The notes under the pieces: model-generated
The model's input: only the letters and a program-made list of their open reading frames with translations
Told to the model about the DNA's origin: nothing
The model's database searches: none
Part shown: positions 36,601-50,000 of the stretch, piece by piece
Layout of the letters: every line of letters begins with the position of its first letter
How positions within the stretch are numbered: position 1 is the first letter of the stretch
Assembly (NCBI GenBank): GCA_040954595.2
Contig: CM082582.2
Span: 3,580,303 to 3,644,302 of the forward strand
Reading direction: 5' to 3'
DNA: 64,000 nucleotides
Origin: Balanoglossus misakiensis
Lineage: Eukaryota > Animalia > Hemichordata
Made by a program: the position numbers and the translations under genes

Positions 36601-39600
36601 ATGTTCTCAGTCTGGACACCTCAACATTTGGTCAGAAATGTCAAATATCGTATTGCCTTTGTGTCCATGATAGTGTTAACTTACAAACGTTTTGTCTGAT
36701 TTATTTTGTTAGGAGTGGGCTCCTCACTTCTTTGTGTTGACCACAAATAAATTATTTTACACTGAAGAAACAGAGACCCAAACTAACCAAGATGATGATG
36801 ATGAAAGTAGCAATGGACTAGCAGAGGTAAGCAAATCATGAGCTATAAACCCACTTTATAATCTGCAACTTGTACTTGAGATAACCTTCCCAGAATTGTA
36901 CTAGTGTCATATGCAGTGTTCTGTCACAAACCTTATAATCACGGTCAAGCTATGTATGAGTCCCAACATTGACAAAGTGAGCTACCTAGTACTGTAGAGT
37001 GTTGTCCTACCTTCATGTAACTCTGCAATATTCTTGTTCCTTACAAATTGCATACAGGGTTTAACAAGTGATGAGTTGCATTTTAGTGAGAAGTGGTTCC
37101 ATGGCAAATTGCGAGATGCAAGGAATACTGCCGAACAGCTTCTTATTGAATACCAGCAAGGGGATGGTACATTTCTTGTGCGCGAAAGTGACACCTTCAA
37201 GGGCGACTTCACCCTGTCTTTCTGGTAAGCATTATATTTCTTGATTTCAGGTCAAGTGAAAGTTTTGTTGATCAGTCGTTTGCACATTCATCAATCATAT
37301 TGGCCAGAAATAACTTGTAACAATAATAAATCATGACTCCATCTCTACTAGATAGAGAACTTTGTTCAATATCTGCTATATCAGGAACAGTGTATATTAT
37401 TTTGTGCAACCTTCTAAAAAAAGATTTTTTTTTTCAATTCCTTTCCAGGGCAAGATCGAAGGTTAACCATTGCCGTATCAAGTCAAAACAAGAAAAGGGC
37501 CAAACCAAATATTTCTTGATAGACAATTTACTTTTTGATAGTTTGTACAGTTTGATCACACATTATAGACAATATCCTTTGAGAAGCAGGGATCTGGAAA
37601 CTATCCTGACGGAACCAGTTCCTCAACCACAGTGTCATGAGAACAAGGAGTAAGTATTTTTTTCCCTTTTTTGTGAGTCCTCCTGTGATCAACTGTTTCT
37701 TATGTGAAGGATGTAAACCTATGGCGAGCTCATAAATACAGATCTAAAGTATGTATGTATCATACTTCATCAATATGGATATAAAGAGATCAGATGGCCA
37801 AGTGCAGGACGATACCATATTAAAGTATGCATTAAAATACCGGTATTTTGCTCAAAGGGACAATAGCTGTAACTTTTGACATTATTTTCAGTATTTTTGT
37901 TTTGAAAATTTAGTGTGAAAACAAGACAGTGACCACACAGTTTTCATTGCTCCTCCTACACTTTAATATCACAAAGAATTGATAGGTTTGGTTGACTATT
38001 ATTTTTATGAAAATCTGTCCCTAAAGCGCAATCGAAACATCTATATAATACAGACATGACCACAAAATGAAACTGTCATAAAATCCTACTGAGCATAAAT
38101 GTGTTTTGGCCTCCATAAAAAAAATATAATGCTTTTGATAACCTAGTTGTCTTTTCTTTTTCATTGTAGATGGTTTCATCAGAGACTGAGTAGACGAGAA
38201 GCAGAAAATATGTTAAAGAGAGTACATCGAGACGGCACTTTCCTTGTTCGTAAACGGGAGAGGGACCAAGACAGTTATGCCATCTCTTTTAGGTCAGTAC
38301 AATATGATCAAGACTCAATGGTGATTGAATTTTTACTTCCAAGTTGTCAGATAAAACCCCTGTTAGTGGTCACCTCTATATAGCGGTCACTTTGTTACAG
38401 TCCCTGTGCAATTCACATGTGTGTTAAATGAACCTCTATATAAAGGTCACCTCTCTATAAAGGCCAGTTTAGGAAAGTCCCTTGACTGGCCACTATAGAG
38501 AGGTTTGACTGTACTACAGGTATCAAACTTTGTTTCAAGACAGTATACCAGGATTTTCGTGTTCGTGTGCATGTCCATTTGTGTTGTGATACAATTCAAT
38601 ATGGCCACCAGGTATTTTTTTTGATCAGCTGATTGCATGTTAAAGTGCCCATGACATTAACTGGCCTCCACCGTATGGAGGTGTGAACGACCTTATAGCC
38701 CTGCAAACTTTTTGGAATGGCGAAAATAATTATTGACCTGGCTTTACAGGGTACATGCCCACCCCCAACTTTTGCTAACAAATTATCAAACCATAAGGGG
38801 TGGTATGTGATTCTAGACAGTAACAAAACTTGACTTGAAGACCCACAGAGTGATTTTACAGGCTGTTGGTTTTGGTGTGACAAAGACCATATGAATAAAT
38901 CAGTGATTGTTTGTCCAAGCCTTGTGTTTCAGAGATGATGGTATACAATGTGTGTCCAAATATTGTAATTTCACCATTGACAATTTCAGAGCGGAAGGCA
39001 AAATCAAACACTGCAGGATCAAACAAGAAGGCCGTCTACTCACCATTGGGACAGCACAATTTGAGAGTCTTGTGGAACTCATCAGTTACTATGAAAAACA
39101 TCCTCTGTATCGCAAGATGAAACTCAAATATCCCATCAATAAGGAAGTAGTAGAGAGGATCGGTCAGGTATGTCTTGTCATGTTTATTGTCCAAAAGACA
39201 GTTTTACATTTCTGTACTCATTCTAAAGGAACAAAATCGCTAACTTTTGACATTATTTTGGTTATTTTAGTTCCATTTTTATAGGGCATTTATGTTGTTC
39301 TACTGACTGAAACATTGACATTAGACACTAATTACTCAATCATTCAATTTTTGGTCAATACCAAAAAATCATAGACGTATTCTCCTGTTATACCTACATG
39401 GATGTACAGAATGTGAATTGAGTTGTAACAACTGGTCATTTAGCATGTACCAGTAAGCAGAACAATATAACCAGCCCATCCGAAACTAAAATAACCCCAA
39501 AAATCTCTCAAGTCAGCGATTTTGCCCCTTTAAGCTTGAAAATCATACTGATAAATTTACAATTTTAAATCTCATGCTTTTTAGACATGTCAACCTATAA

Positions 39601-42600
39601 ATGACATTATTTCTGTCAATGAACAGTAACTGTGTCATGATCTCTGTCATCATTGGTCAGCATTGCACTGAAAAAATGTCTTTGTACACAACACTTTACT
39701 GGTCTGATATTCATGATTTCTCATAACAGAATTGATTTTATTACTAAACTGTAAATTATTTTATGCAAATAGGAACCAGAAGATTCTGCCATATATGGAG
39801 GACCAGGATTATACATGGAGCCCAATGCATTTGTGGCCAAAGTAAGTCATTTGCAGTGTCCTCCATTGTTCAGTGAACATTACAAATACATTGTTAGGTG
39901 CCTCGGGATCATCTCCATCAGATGTTCAAATGACTTTATCTGACGAAACATCCCTGTATACACTAACCTAAGATTTCTTGCAATATTTTCAGGTGACAGT
40001 TAAAGCATTGTATGACTACAAAGCACAGCGAGATGATGAACTTACTTTCTGTAAGCATGCAATTATCACAAATGTTGATAAGCAAGACGGTGGTTGGTAT
40101 GTACATGTATTTTGTATTCATGTTGTGTGTGTGTGATGTGTGTGTTAAAATATGGACAATCAACAATTGGTTTTACCTGTGTATAAACACCTGCGTCAAA
40201 ACTGTCACAATGTCAGTAGTGCTGAGTCAGTGCTGCAATGTTATCAATGGCGAATACTGCGAGTTTCACAAATGACAACTACTTTTGTAAACTTGGATTG
40301 ACATCATTCTATCATTAAAATAATACCACTATTCAACCACAGGTGGCGGGGAGACTATGGTGGAAGAGAACAAATGTGGTTTCCATCCAATTATGTGGAA
40401 GAGCTTGAACCTGTGAATACAGATCAAGACCCAGAATCAGATACCACACCATTGGGCAGTTTGCAGAAAGGTGTCATTGACATCCATGGATGTGCTGTCG
40501 GTGAGTTTGGGACTACAGTGTCTACAAGAATAAAATGCAATCAAATGATGAAGGGAATATGTCCCCATTTGTCAGAATATTTTTGGGGATTCCACTCTGG
40601 CAAGGGGGAATATAATACATGTATCTCCAACATGTGAGTGACATTTTAAGGCGCACTCCCCCCCCCCCCTTGAAAAGTTGCTAGAATATATGTGTAGAGA
40701 AATGTACAGTCGCTTTGTCTGGCGACGCGTCGTAAGCAGTATGAAAGTTCCACTCTTGTTGACAGGCACAGTGACTGCCATAGAGTCTACACCCCACCCT
40801 ACCCTACCGGCACCCCACTCATGTACCCAGGCCTTGTCTAGAAAAAGCACTGCACTAACATACATTGTTCACAATGTTGTATTGACTTTATGTTTGTGTC
40901 TACAAGTAGATAGCTTACCAGGTGGAAAAGGAACACAGCCGTATGTATTCCGCATTGCTACTCCTGGACAGTCGACGCCCATGGAGATAGCAGCTGAAAA
41001 TGAAGATGATCTTCAGGAATGGCAGAAAGCTATCAGAAGTGCAGCAACACAAGCTGAAGAAAGGGTTAGTGATTCTGAACATTCTTCTTTTTTTTGTACA
41101 ACCTTAGCACATATAACAGACAAGAGACTACGCCTTACACAAAAATGTTCTATAGAGTTCAATAGCATTCTATTGATTTTGGCATTATCCATAAGAAAAG
41201 GGAGACAAAATTACATAGAATTTCTACAGAAGTTCAAAGAAATTAATATGAATTTCATGGGAGATTTTATAGGCAATACTAAAATTTTATCGTTTTGTGT
41301 ATCGTCACTATAGTTGGGACCAACGTTCGACAGCCACATTTTATTGTAAGTTTTACATGCAACTTGTATTATATATACAACAAACCAGACAAGCTCAAGA
41401 AGTACTCTGTGGTCTACAGGCGTATGGTCCCAGGGATATTGTCTGTCAAAGTCTTTCATATCTTATTTAATATACTTACATTTAATGCTAAAGGGGTTAC
41501 TTTTTGAGATTGTGATTAAAATGAACCAGTGTGAATCCAAAATATGTGATGTATATGACACTTGAATGTCTCAGTTCTGATCAAATTGTAGCACAGTGTC
41601 CTTGACACTATTTTTCTATCTTTTATTTCATGTATAGAGCAACCTTGAGCGCAAGAATGAACGTAAACTGCGCATCGCCAAAGAATTTTCTGACCTGATT
41701 GTATATTGTCGATCAGTGCCTTTCCTTGATAACTGTAAGTATCTGATATTTCAGATTCCCACTATGGTGGTGCATTTTACCTGTACGACTTTTTCAAAGC
41801 CATATATCTCATCAGAGAATTTGGAGAACCCAGCATATCATACATTTTCATTTTAACCTGAACAATTTATTTCGAAGCCACATTTCTCATCAAACATTGA
41901 CAAAATGGCTAAAATGCAAAATACAATGAAAACGTTACATTTCCCACTTAAAAGTTCATAAACAAAGCATGATCTCATCCATTAAAAGATATGGAAGTAA
42001 ATGAACTCACCCAAGACATAACATTTCATTTTTCGTTACAATATTTCACATTTTTTAAATGTGGAAATTTTTGACTGTATTGATATTTCTTGTATTTCAT
42101 AAATAAGTGTTATCTTGATATACTTTCAGGCAATATCATTTAATAGACAGCATTAAAAGCATATTAGAGAGTATTTGAAGCTTAACAGTTTTTATCGAGT
42201 TGCAGCTCATGGGCCTTTAATTCTTGTTTTTCTTTTGCACAGGTCTACCTGGAAAGTACTATGAAATGTCGTCATTCCCAGAGACCAAAGTAGAGAAGTA
42301 TGTTTCCAAAGGCAAAGCAGGGTTATTTACAAAATATAACAGAAATCAGTTCAGCAGAGTTTATCCCAAAGGACAACGCGTGGATTCTTCAAATTATGAT
42401 CCAGTGCCATGTTGGAATTGTGGATCTCAAATGGCAGCTCTCAATTACCAAACTCCAGGTTTGTAGATATCCTTTTCTTTATTTTCGCATCATTTCCGTG
42501 CATTTTGTGGCTTGTGCTTGGGTGTGTTTAGTCTAGTCCCCTGCCCCATTCCCTCTGCTGGCTGCGCTACGCTAAAAGGAAAGGGTCAGGCACGGGCTAT

Positions 42601-45600
42601 TGTAAATATGGCTCTCATTGGCGTACGGACATTGGAGGCATCCATCTTGTTTATGATCACGTGGTCTTTGTTTCATTATAATATGCGGGCCAGGTTTTTG
42701 GCCAAGACCGGACCGTACCTGACCCCTTTCCTTTTAGTGTAGCGCAGCCAGCGGTGGGAATGGGGCAGGGGACCTGACTAGGGTGTGTTATCTATGTGTA
42801 GAACTGTCGATTTGTATATGTAGTACTCTTTGTCCATCTTTGTAGCAAAACAAAAGTACTACATGGATCACATTCAAAGTTGAACTTTTCTGATGTTTTT
42901 CACTTAGATCGCTCAATGCAACTCAATGCAGGACGTTTTGCCATGAACGGAAACTGTGGCATGGTATTACAGCCAGAATATATGCGTAAAGACAACTACG
43001 ATCCAACAGACAAGAGCACACTGACGGGTGTTGAGCCAATAACACTGACCATCAATGTAAGTTTCATTGCTATGTCTATTTTGTACACTATGTAGTGTAC
43101 ATGTATTTATCAGTGTAGGCTATTCTCCAGCATCAGTTACTGCTGGCCATACATGGACTGAGTTATGAAAGGGTAAGGAAGATGTGCTTTAGAAGATGTG
43201 GAGAGATTTTTCACCCAAATGGACAACCTAGGCCCAATAATTTTCAATAAATTTCTGTTTCCTAATAAAATGGCTACCCCACATTTATCTCTGGTGGTTT
43301 GATCAATACTGAGTTCTTAATTTTGTATATTTTATTTGTAGTTGATGGGTGCCCGTCATTTGGTGAAATCTGGTCGTGGCATCGCTAGCCCTTTTGTAGA
43401 AGTAGAGATTGTTGGAGCAGAGTATGATTGTAATAACAAATACAGAACCAAAACTAAAGGTAAGTTTTCAATTGTTTGACATATAACATGTTTGACATTA
43501 TCGACTTTAATACTGAGAATCTAGTTTATCTTTGGAACCTTGAATGTTTGGCATTAGGCATCATCAAGGGGAACTTTCATTTTTTACATTTCAGGTATTC
43601 AGTATATTGTTTAAACATTATACATGCAGTTACATTATTTGATGAATGTATAAGTCAAAACAAATTAAAATGAACAATGCAGATGAATCCATAAAGTGCC
43701 TAGCTCGTCTCACACGCATGCACGTAACTTCCCTTCGCGACAGTTTTCCCTGTGCATAGCCAGCAAATGTTCAGCAAATTTTCCGTTTGATGCATTCAAA
43801 TAGTGGACTGCCTTCGCTTCCTTCCATATTTCACGCGCACCGTATAAGTAGATTCTGGTTTTGTCCCTCCTTTTCACCCAGGCTGGTGTCTTTTCACGAT
43901 CTCCGACACAGATTATGGTCGCCGCCATCTTCTCTGTTGTTAGGAGCACTGCCTTATGGGATTGACTGTTCACTAAACGTCTGTAACCAGCGGCTACAGC
44001 TGGAATATGCCTGTGAGATGAGCTACGCGCTGTAACATTATTTAATATTTTATTCCCATTTAAGTGGACAATGGTTTCAACCCATTGTGGATGGAGTCTT
44101 TTGAGTTTGACATCATCAATCCAGACGTTGCTATGATACGCTTCTGTGTTCAAGATGAAGATATGTTTGGTGATCCCAACTTCTTAGGGCAGGCAGTGTT
44201 CCATATCTCAAGCCTCAGAACAGGTACGTTTCTACATGTTTCCCTCAGCTGCCTACAAATGAAGGAATCAAAGATAATGGTTTTCTATGGAGCATAACTG
44301 TCTTCTCTCAGTTTATTCTTCTTAAAGCTACATGTGTTTCAGTTTTCATGGGACAGTTTGCAACTGCAGCTTTTACACACAAATGGAGAGCATATTGTTC
44401 AATGCCATGGATTAAAGGGACAAAGTCTCTCTCTCGCTGCCCTTTTTCCATTAGTTATGTTCGATACAAGACACTATATATCCACCTGTAGAATAACATA
44501 AACAGTATCTTGTATCAAACATAATTAGTGGAAAAGAGAGAGATGCTTTGTCCATTTAACAGTTCGTCAAAATTGCCTGTACCTTAATTTTTGACAAAAC
44601 ACTGATTAAGAAATTGGTATGCTGTCAGATATGTAGAAATAATTTATACATTTGGGTACCATAAATGTCCAAATTTTTCACATTTCTAGGATATCGGTCA
44701 ATTCCACTGAGGAATGGATATTCAGAAGAACTGGAACTAGCAGCACTTCTGATCCACCTAGATATCAGGAATGCAACAGTAAGTTTCATTTTTACACAAA
44801 AGTATAGATTACATCCCACCTTGTATTTCACCGATTGAAATTTACGGCCATAGAACTCAAAAATACCAGCCACTGGTATTTTGCTTAAGTGTTTCTGGGG
44901 TAAGGATTATTGAGAAAATAATTCTCTAATTTTTTTCATCAAATTATTTTGTTCTTTACAATGTCTTTAAAATGCATACTTTGATTATTTGACAGGAGGG
45001 TGAAGATGGTGACATATATGCTTCAATTCAAGAACTGCGAGACAAAACGCAAGAACTGTCCTCTCAGGTTATAGCGTACAAATCTGGTGAACCCACAGCC
45101 AGTGAAACTGTACAGTATCAGGCTATGAGTGAAGAATTGCGAAGGACAGAAGAAAGACTCATTATGCTTACTGAACAGAGGAAGTGAGTATCTAAATATA
45201 CCATTTAAAGGGACAAAGTTTCTCTCTCGCTGCCCCTTTTCCATTAATTATGTTTGATACAAGACATTGTTTATGTTATTCTACATGTGGATATATAGTG
45301 AATCAACGTTCAACCACACACATATTCCATCCCGCTTGTAGACAGCAGAGTAAAAAAACTCGCCAAAATAAAAAATCAGTCTCTACCATTCATTTATTTT
45401 GGGCGAGTTTTTACTCTCATATCATACATGCGGGATGGAAGGTGTGTGTGGGCGAACATTGATTCACTACATAATCTCATGCAGAATAACACAAAGGTGT
45501 CTTGTGTCAAACATTAAAGGGAAAAGGGCAACGAGAGAGAGACTTTTTGTTGTTTTATAATTTTATTGGTATTATAAAAATGTTTTCTTGTGTTACTTTT

Positions 45601-45921
45601 ACTTGGTGCTGACTATGCAGATCAGACCTTGTGCATACACCTCAAACACTTGATTACAAGTGAGGTTATCCTCGTAAAAAAAAACAAGACAGAGAAGTGA
45701 AAAGACGCTAAAGAAGAACATTTCAGATTATGTTCATTTCAAATCTACATCAGAGTAGTAGAAACAAAATTAACCTGAAAATGTGATGATGTCTTGTCCA
45801 TTTCCCTTTGATGCTAAGTTGTGTTGTGTGGTCTGTGTTTTGTTCCAGAATTCGACACACCATCCGGACGACCACCGGTAGAAGACAACTGAAAAAGAGC
45901 TCCAGCAATCCTATGAAGTAA
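18675..45921 (+). CDS. PLCG1: 1-phosphatidylinositol 4,5-bisphosphate phosphodiesterase gamma (PLC-gamma; PLCG1/PLCG2 co-ortholog), 32 exons, ~1271 aa
   Basis: Exons: 18675-18867, 22236-22385, 23091-23184, 23886-23933, 24580-24661, 26420-26500, 28523-28557, 28818-28869, 29605-29706, 30169-30284, 30675-30760, 31890-32010, 32573-32658, 33216-33359, 35974-36041, 36713-36826, 37058-37224, 37449-37649, 38170-38292, 38990-39167, 39773-39841, 39993-40096, 40343-40500, 40910-41064, 41638-41734, 42243-42458, 42908-43056, 43342-43459, 44065-44223, 44690-44778, 44996-45183, 45849-45921 (3816 nt, phases consistent). Domains in order: PH ([12 protein letters not shown]), EF-hands, X box ([35 protein letters not shown]), split PH, nSH2 (WFHGK..FLVRES), cSH2 (FLVRKR), SH3 (ALYDY..WFPSNYV), Y box ([21 protein letters not shown]), C2 ([21 protein letters not shown]). 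The last exon is less certain. Confidence 0.96.
26022..26335. mobile_element. piggyBac-like MITE (TTAA|CCC...GGG|TTAA)
   Basis: ttaa|ccctaatgctactgggt ... actcagcagcgctaggg|ttaa. Confidence 0.65.
26539..27539. mobile_element. TA-flanked Tc1/pogo(Tigger)-like MITE split by a nested insertion
   Basis: ta|cagtcaaacc ... ggtttgactg|ta. An uninterrupted inverted paralog lies at 38348-38513. Confidence 0.85.
26706..27522. mobile_element. PIF/Harbinger-like non-autonomous element nested in the Tigger-like MITE
   Basis: Perfect TIR ggctgcattcacaaacacctctggaggggg / ccccctccagaggtgtttgtgaatgcagcc; TAA TSD (26703-26705, 27523-27525). Confidence 0.88.
27850..28194. mobile_element. TTAA-flanked, almost fully palindromic MITE (AGGGACAAAG family, Kolobok-like); most complete copy
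   Basis: ttaa|agggacaaagtctctctc...gagacttcgtccct|ttaa with ~160-bp arms. Other copies at ~19866-20080, ~23237-23537, ~31650-31851, 44412-44559, 45205-45545, 59966-60170. Confidence 0.88.
29294..29501. mobile_element. TA-flanked MITE (CTGTAAAAC family)
   Basis: ta|ctgtaaaacatgttattttc ... gaaaataacatgttttacag|ta. Relatives at ~12601-12655, ~15408-15495, ~62280-62435. Confidence 0.85.
33471..33555. mobile_element. 85-bp piggyBac-like mini-MITE (representative copy)
   Basis: ttaa|ccctttcacc...ggtgaaaggg|ttaa. Copies at 23966-24067, 29157-29248, 47425-47517, 51186-51278, 59457-59549 (inverted), 61405-61497 (inverted). Confidence 0.88.
34208..34300. mobile_element. 93-bp fold-back element with 34-bp arms and a degenerate 9-bp TSD
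   Basis: caatctgattaaaatcagatgtagggtatggcga ... tcgccgtaccctacatctgattttaatcagattg; flanks catgctccc / cattctctc (7 of 9 match). Confidence 0.7.
38348..38513 (-). mobile_element. Uninterrupted Tigger-like MITE, paralog of 26539-27539
   Basis: aaacccctgttagtggtcacc...ttgttacagtccctgtgcaattcacat...taggaaagtcccttgactggccactatagagaggtttgactgta. Confidence 0.85.
39222..39533. mobile_element. TTAA-type MITE (Kolobok-like)
   Basis: ctaa|aggaacaaaatcgctaactt ... aagtcagcgattttgcccct|ttaa. A similar start (agggacaatagctgtaacttttgacattatttt) occurs at ~37856. Confidence 0.6.
42529..42780. mobile_element. Fold-back MITE, TAG...CTA termini, 9-bp TSD
   Basis: tagtctagtcccctgccccattccc..gctggctgcgctac.ctaaaaggaaagggtcagg / cctgacccctttccttttagtgtagcgcagccagc..gggaatggggcaggggacctgacta; gggtgtgtt on both sides (42520-42528, 42781-42789). 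Confidence 0.88.
43701..44025. mobile_element. TAG...CTA element without a clear TSD; core shared with ~31075-31320
   Basis: tagctcgtctcacacgcat ... atgcctgtgagatgagcta; shared core aatagtggactgc.ttc.cttccttccatatttc ... cgccgccatctt.tctgttgttagga. Confidence 0.6.
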
Positions 45922-46902
45922 GACATGAGAGAGAAATCTACAACCATTCCAGAAACCAATCAAACAATCTGGTGTAGTTTAGATGTCAACAAGTACTGCC
46001 AATCCCCATGCAACGTTTTTTGTTGCATAATGGTCAGTGATGCTCTGCAGAAGGCGAACATGACAAAGTGTTGTACTCTAGAATTTAGTATAAAACAGTG
46101 ATCTGAGTCAGTGTAATCATGGAATTCTTTGTGATTTTGAGAAAAATGAATATAATAATGAAACTCTGGACTGAGTTCATATTTTTGATTATGAAAACCA
46201 GTACATTGTCTATGGCTGAAATTAGCACTTTTCCAAATTTACCTTTGAAAGATAAGGTACAATATTTGTACCAGGAATTATTTTACGAGTCGACCACAAC
46301 TAACCATATGGATATCACCAATTTCAGATTTGTTATCATTGATTTAAAAATTCAACAAACTGTTTTGTTTCATTGTTCTGTAAGATTTAATTACTGTTGA
46401 AGAATACCCAAGAGGTGAATCTTTGATAAATAGGTTACATTTATCAGAACTTTTTTTAATTTACATAAATGGAGTTACGCTGTTGCTAATGTTGCTGGCA
46501 ATCAATTTACCCAGTGTCAAGATATATCTTCCATGTTTTCTTACCATGGCTAGCTGTACATTATTCAGTTTGTAAGAATTGTTCATTTCTACCAGATATT
46601 GAATTTTTGCCTTTACAATTTTGCATGCACAATTATTCCAGTACACCAACTGAACTATAGTGTAAATGTTACTTCCAGTAATTCATGTTTATTGTTAGCG
46701 TCATCAAGTGGGAAGAAATTCCACATATTTCATCATATACAGAACAGGAAGAAGTATCTTCAAACAATTTGCTTTTGTTTCCAATTTTTTATTGAATATT
46801 TTCTGCTTTTGTACTCATCTCATACTTCATTGTTACAGTGATGAGAAGGAAACTTTCTCCTGATTGCAAAACAAAAACCCATGATAGAGTGTAAAGCCCG
46901 TT

Positions 46903-47091
46903 TTAGAGGTATACGGTCACCTATGCAAATTTAGCTACAGTTACCATGGTAAATTGAGATCTAGCCAATCACAGATTTTCAGTGGGTTGCACATGTGAAA
47001 AAAGCACCACCAAATATTCTGTAGAACGTCAGATACGCCATTTCAGCCATTTATGGGCATATGTAAATTGGAGGTGATTGTGTACCTTTAA
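46903..47091. mobile_element. Degenerate TTAA-type MITE
   Basis: ttag|aggtatacggtcacct ... aggtgattgtgtacct|ttaa. Confidence 0.45.
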
Positions 47092-50000
47092 AGGTGCAAA
47101 TTGCAAAATTTTATGTAGTGTGGATGAATATCTCAGCAAAGTGCGAAAGACTTCTTCTTTGGTAAAATAGCATGATTGCTTAGAATCTTGCTCTTGTGAC
47201 AAAATATGTGTGTTTCATTCCTCTGGCTGTGATACATACATGTATATGTATGTGGTGTACTAAATAATGTTGCTTTTCTACACTTAATGTGTGTTTTTAC
47301 ATGTAAATATCATGATTCTGCAGAAGCGCTACTGGAGATATTTTTTCTCACAATTTGCAAATAAGAAAGACAGTCCAGGAGACGTGTGGAGAGGGGTTTC
47401 TGTCAATCCAACCAGAGCCCACACATAACCCTTTCACCGTAATGGTTCAGTCCAAACCCATTGTTTTCTATGGTAAGGTTGGACCTCTAAAGAGGGAACT
47501 GGGGGTGAAAGGGTTATGCCTGCAATAATAGATTAATCAATTGTGGGACTGCCATTGAGAGTGACTTGGGTTTTTTTTTCTCCAGAAATTGATGACAAGA
47601 TGAATGAGTAACAGTGATGTCAGATGGACATGCAAGTGTAGCCAATAACAATCAGGGTTGCAAGTGACAACCAATATCTTTGTCTCAGTATGTTAGTGTC
47701 AATTTCCTGGCTAAAAGTAGTCTTAATTAATTGCCACAGACAGTCTGAAGAAACTTTGTCAACCCGTCTGTCCATGTGTGCATTCACTTAGAGCCATTAC
47801 TTGGACATATACCAAAACAGTGTTTATTCCAATGTGGCACAACAATAGTGTACTATATGCAGATTAGTTTGTTTTGCAATATGATCCAATGTGGCCATGT
47901 GGCAGCCATTTTGTGATTTTTTGTGTCTAGAGCCAACATGTCTGTATCACTCGCTCATTTGGAGTCTTGATACAATCCAGTTTTTAGCTGCCCAGTGGCA
48001 ATTTTTTATGATTTTTTAATGAACTTATCCTTTTCTCAAACGCACTCTAGCTGGTTTCAGTCAAATTTGGTATGACTGCAAGTTAATATGATGTACCCGC
48101 TATATACATGTATCCTTGTCAATTGATTTCTCGACACTATTCAACATGGCTGCCTGGCAATCATTTTGTGTGGAATTTTCGATTTCCATAGCCACATTTG
48201 GCACAGTCTGGACCAGTAGTTTGAAACAGATGATATAGCATGTTATAAATATCTCAATAGGCATCAATTTTGTGATCCAAGATGGCTGTTCCCACTTTGT
48301 GATGATTTTTGGGTGTATCCAAAGCCATCACTCCTATCTACCTGGTGGGATTCATTGGAAACCTGATAATGACAATCCAAGTGATGGCGGCCTGACAATT
48401 GTTTTGTCTTGAGGTTTTCATGACCGGTGTTATAACGTTGACATGCCATATTTTGGCAGAAGGAGACTGTCATCACAAGTAGTTTACTAAAATTGTTTTT
48501 GTGACCAGGTGAATTAATGTTTAATTAGAAACATTTTCAGAACAATTTTGTAGTACATGTTCATTCCAGCATGATTTTATCTCCAGTGATTTCTTAATTT
48601 ATTGATCAGCCAAGCACCGGTAATGCCATTGACAATGACTTCATAGGTATTTCATCCATAAAAACAACTAATATTGTACATTTTTGTAAGAAAATGAGAA
48701 ATCAAGTTGAAATTCTCAGCTTGCCCACCAATGTTTTCAGGTGAAATTTATTTTGTTGTATGCATACGTCCTTCCAACAAAACCAACAGTTTCGTTCTAT
48801 ATAATTTCACTGAAAGAGCTGCAGACACAGCACTTGAGAAATCCAGCATATTCATTGCATATACCATTTGCCACTCTTTCATAGACATGGTTGTACAGTG
48901 GAACTGATGCTGCTTGTAGCCCCATTTGTATCACTACTTGGATTCTGTTTGTGGAGTCTTGGTTGATGAGATGTGGAAGCAAGTTTAGGTTATTCGATTT
49001 CATTTGACAATTTGTGTATAATCTGGATGATTTCAGCCATTTATATATTCAGTGTTTTCAAAGTGTGTCACAACATGAATAGGTGAGTCAGTCAGTCAGT
49101 CATTCAGTGTGTGAGTGAGCGAGTGGTTAATTGAATTATTGATTGATTGATTGATTGATTCAAAGATAGATAGAAAGATTAGTGAACAACAGTGTGAATT
49201 GTAATACACCTTGGCCAAATCATTTGCATGTGACATTGGGTGCATTTTTTGGCACTGGTACATGTACACACACACACACACAACAAGCCCACACTCACAA
49301 GAGTTTCCAAACAGACTAAGAGTGTAACAGTTTTCATAAATTACCTGCAAATAATCTACGCATGTGTACACAATATTTACATATAACGAAAAGAAGGTGT
49401 GTGTGTGTGTTGTGGCTGAACCCAATCAAAGACCGTGAATTCTGTGATGTATATTACGAAAGATATTGTCTGAATGGCTATATTCTGGCAATGAAATTAA
49501 TAACATCTTTCACCCCTCATGCATGTATATCTTAGAAGGTCTGTTTCCTGTGGCTTGCTATTGGGTACTAGAGTGACTTCAATTCCTTGGGTAGACACCT
49601 GAATGAAATGGCATCTTCATAGGGTGTATATTGCTTACTGGTGAATAAATAATTGTGACAAGTTCATAGAGTTGTCTTCAGGGGGCCGGGGGGATCTCAG
49701 TCGCCCTCAAAACAGTTATATACAAGGGGAAGTGCAAGTGATTAAGAGCATCAGCAGTCAAGAATGGCCATGGCTGGCTGATAGAAGTCTTTTAATTGCT
49801 CAAAACAAGGACATGTATAAATGTAAAAATGCATTTTGGATTGATCAAATTTTGTGTTGGTTTTTAACAAGTTGTGGAACTTTCTCCAGGTATCATTTAC
49901 TGAGTAGTACGTATTTTCATAAGATGTTTGGCACTATTGTATAATTTGTATGGTTTCAAGCTTTTCATGCGACCAGCGATATGGATTAGTATTTACCATG

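Noticed and set aside
45745-45780. Alternative PLC-gamma last exon (KVVETKLT*)
   Set aside because: Weaker polypyrimidine tract than the acceptor at 45848; cannot be supported without transcripts.
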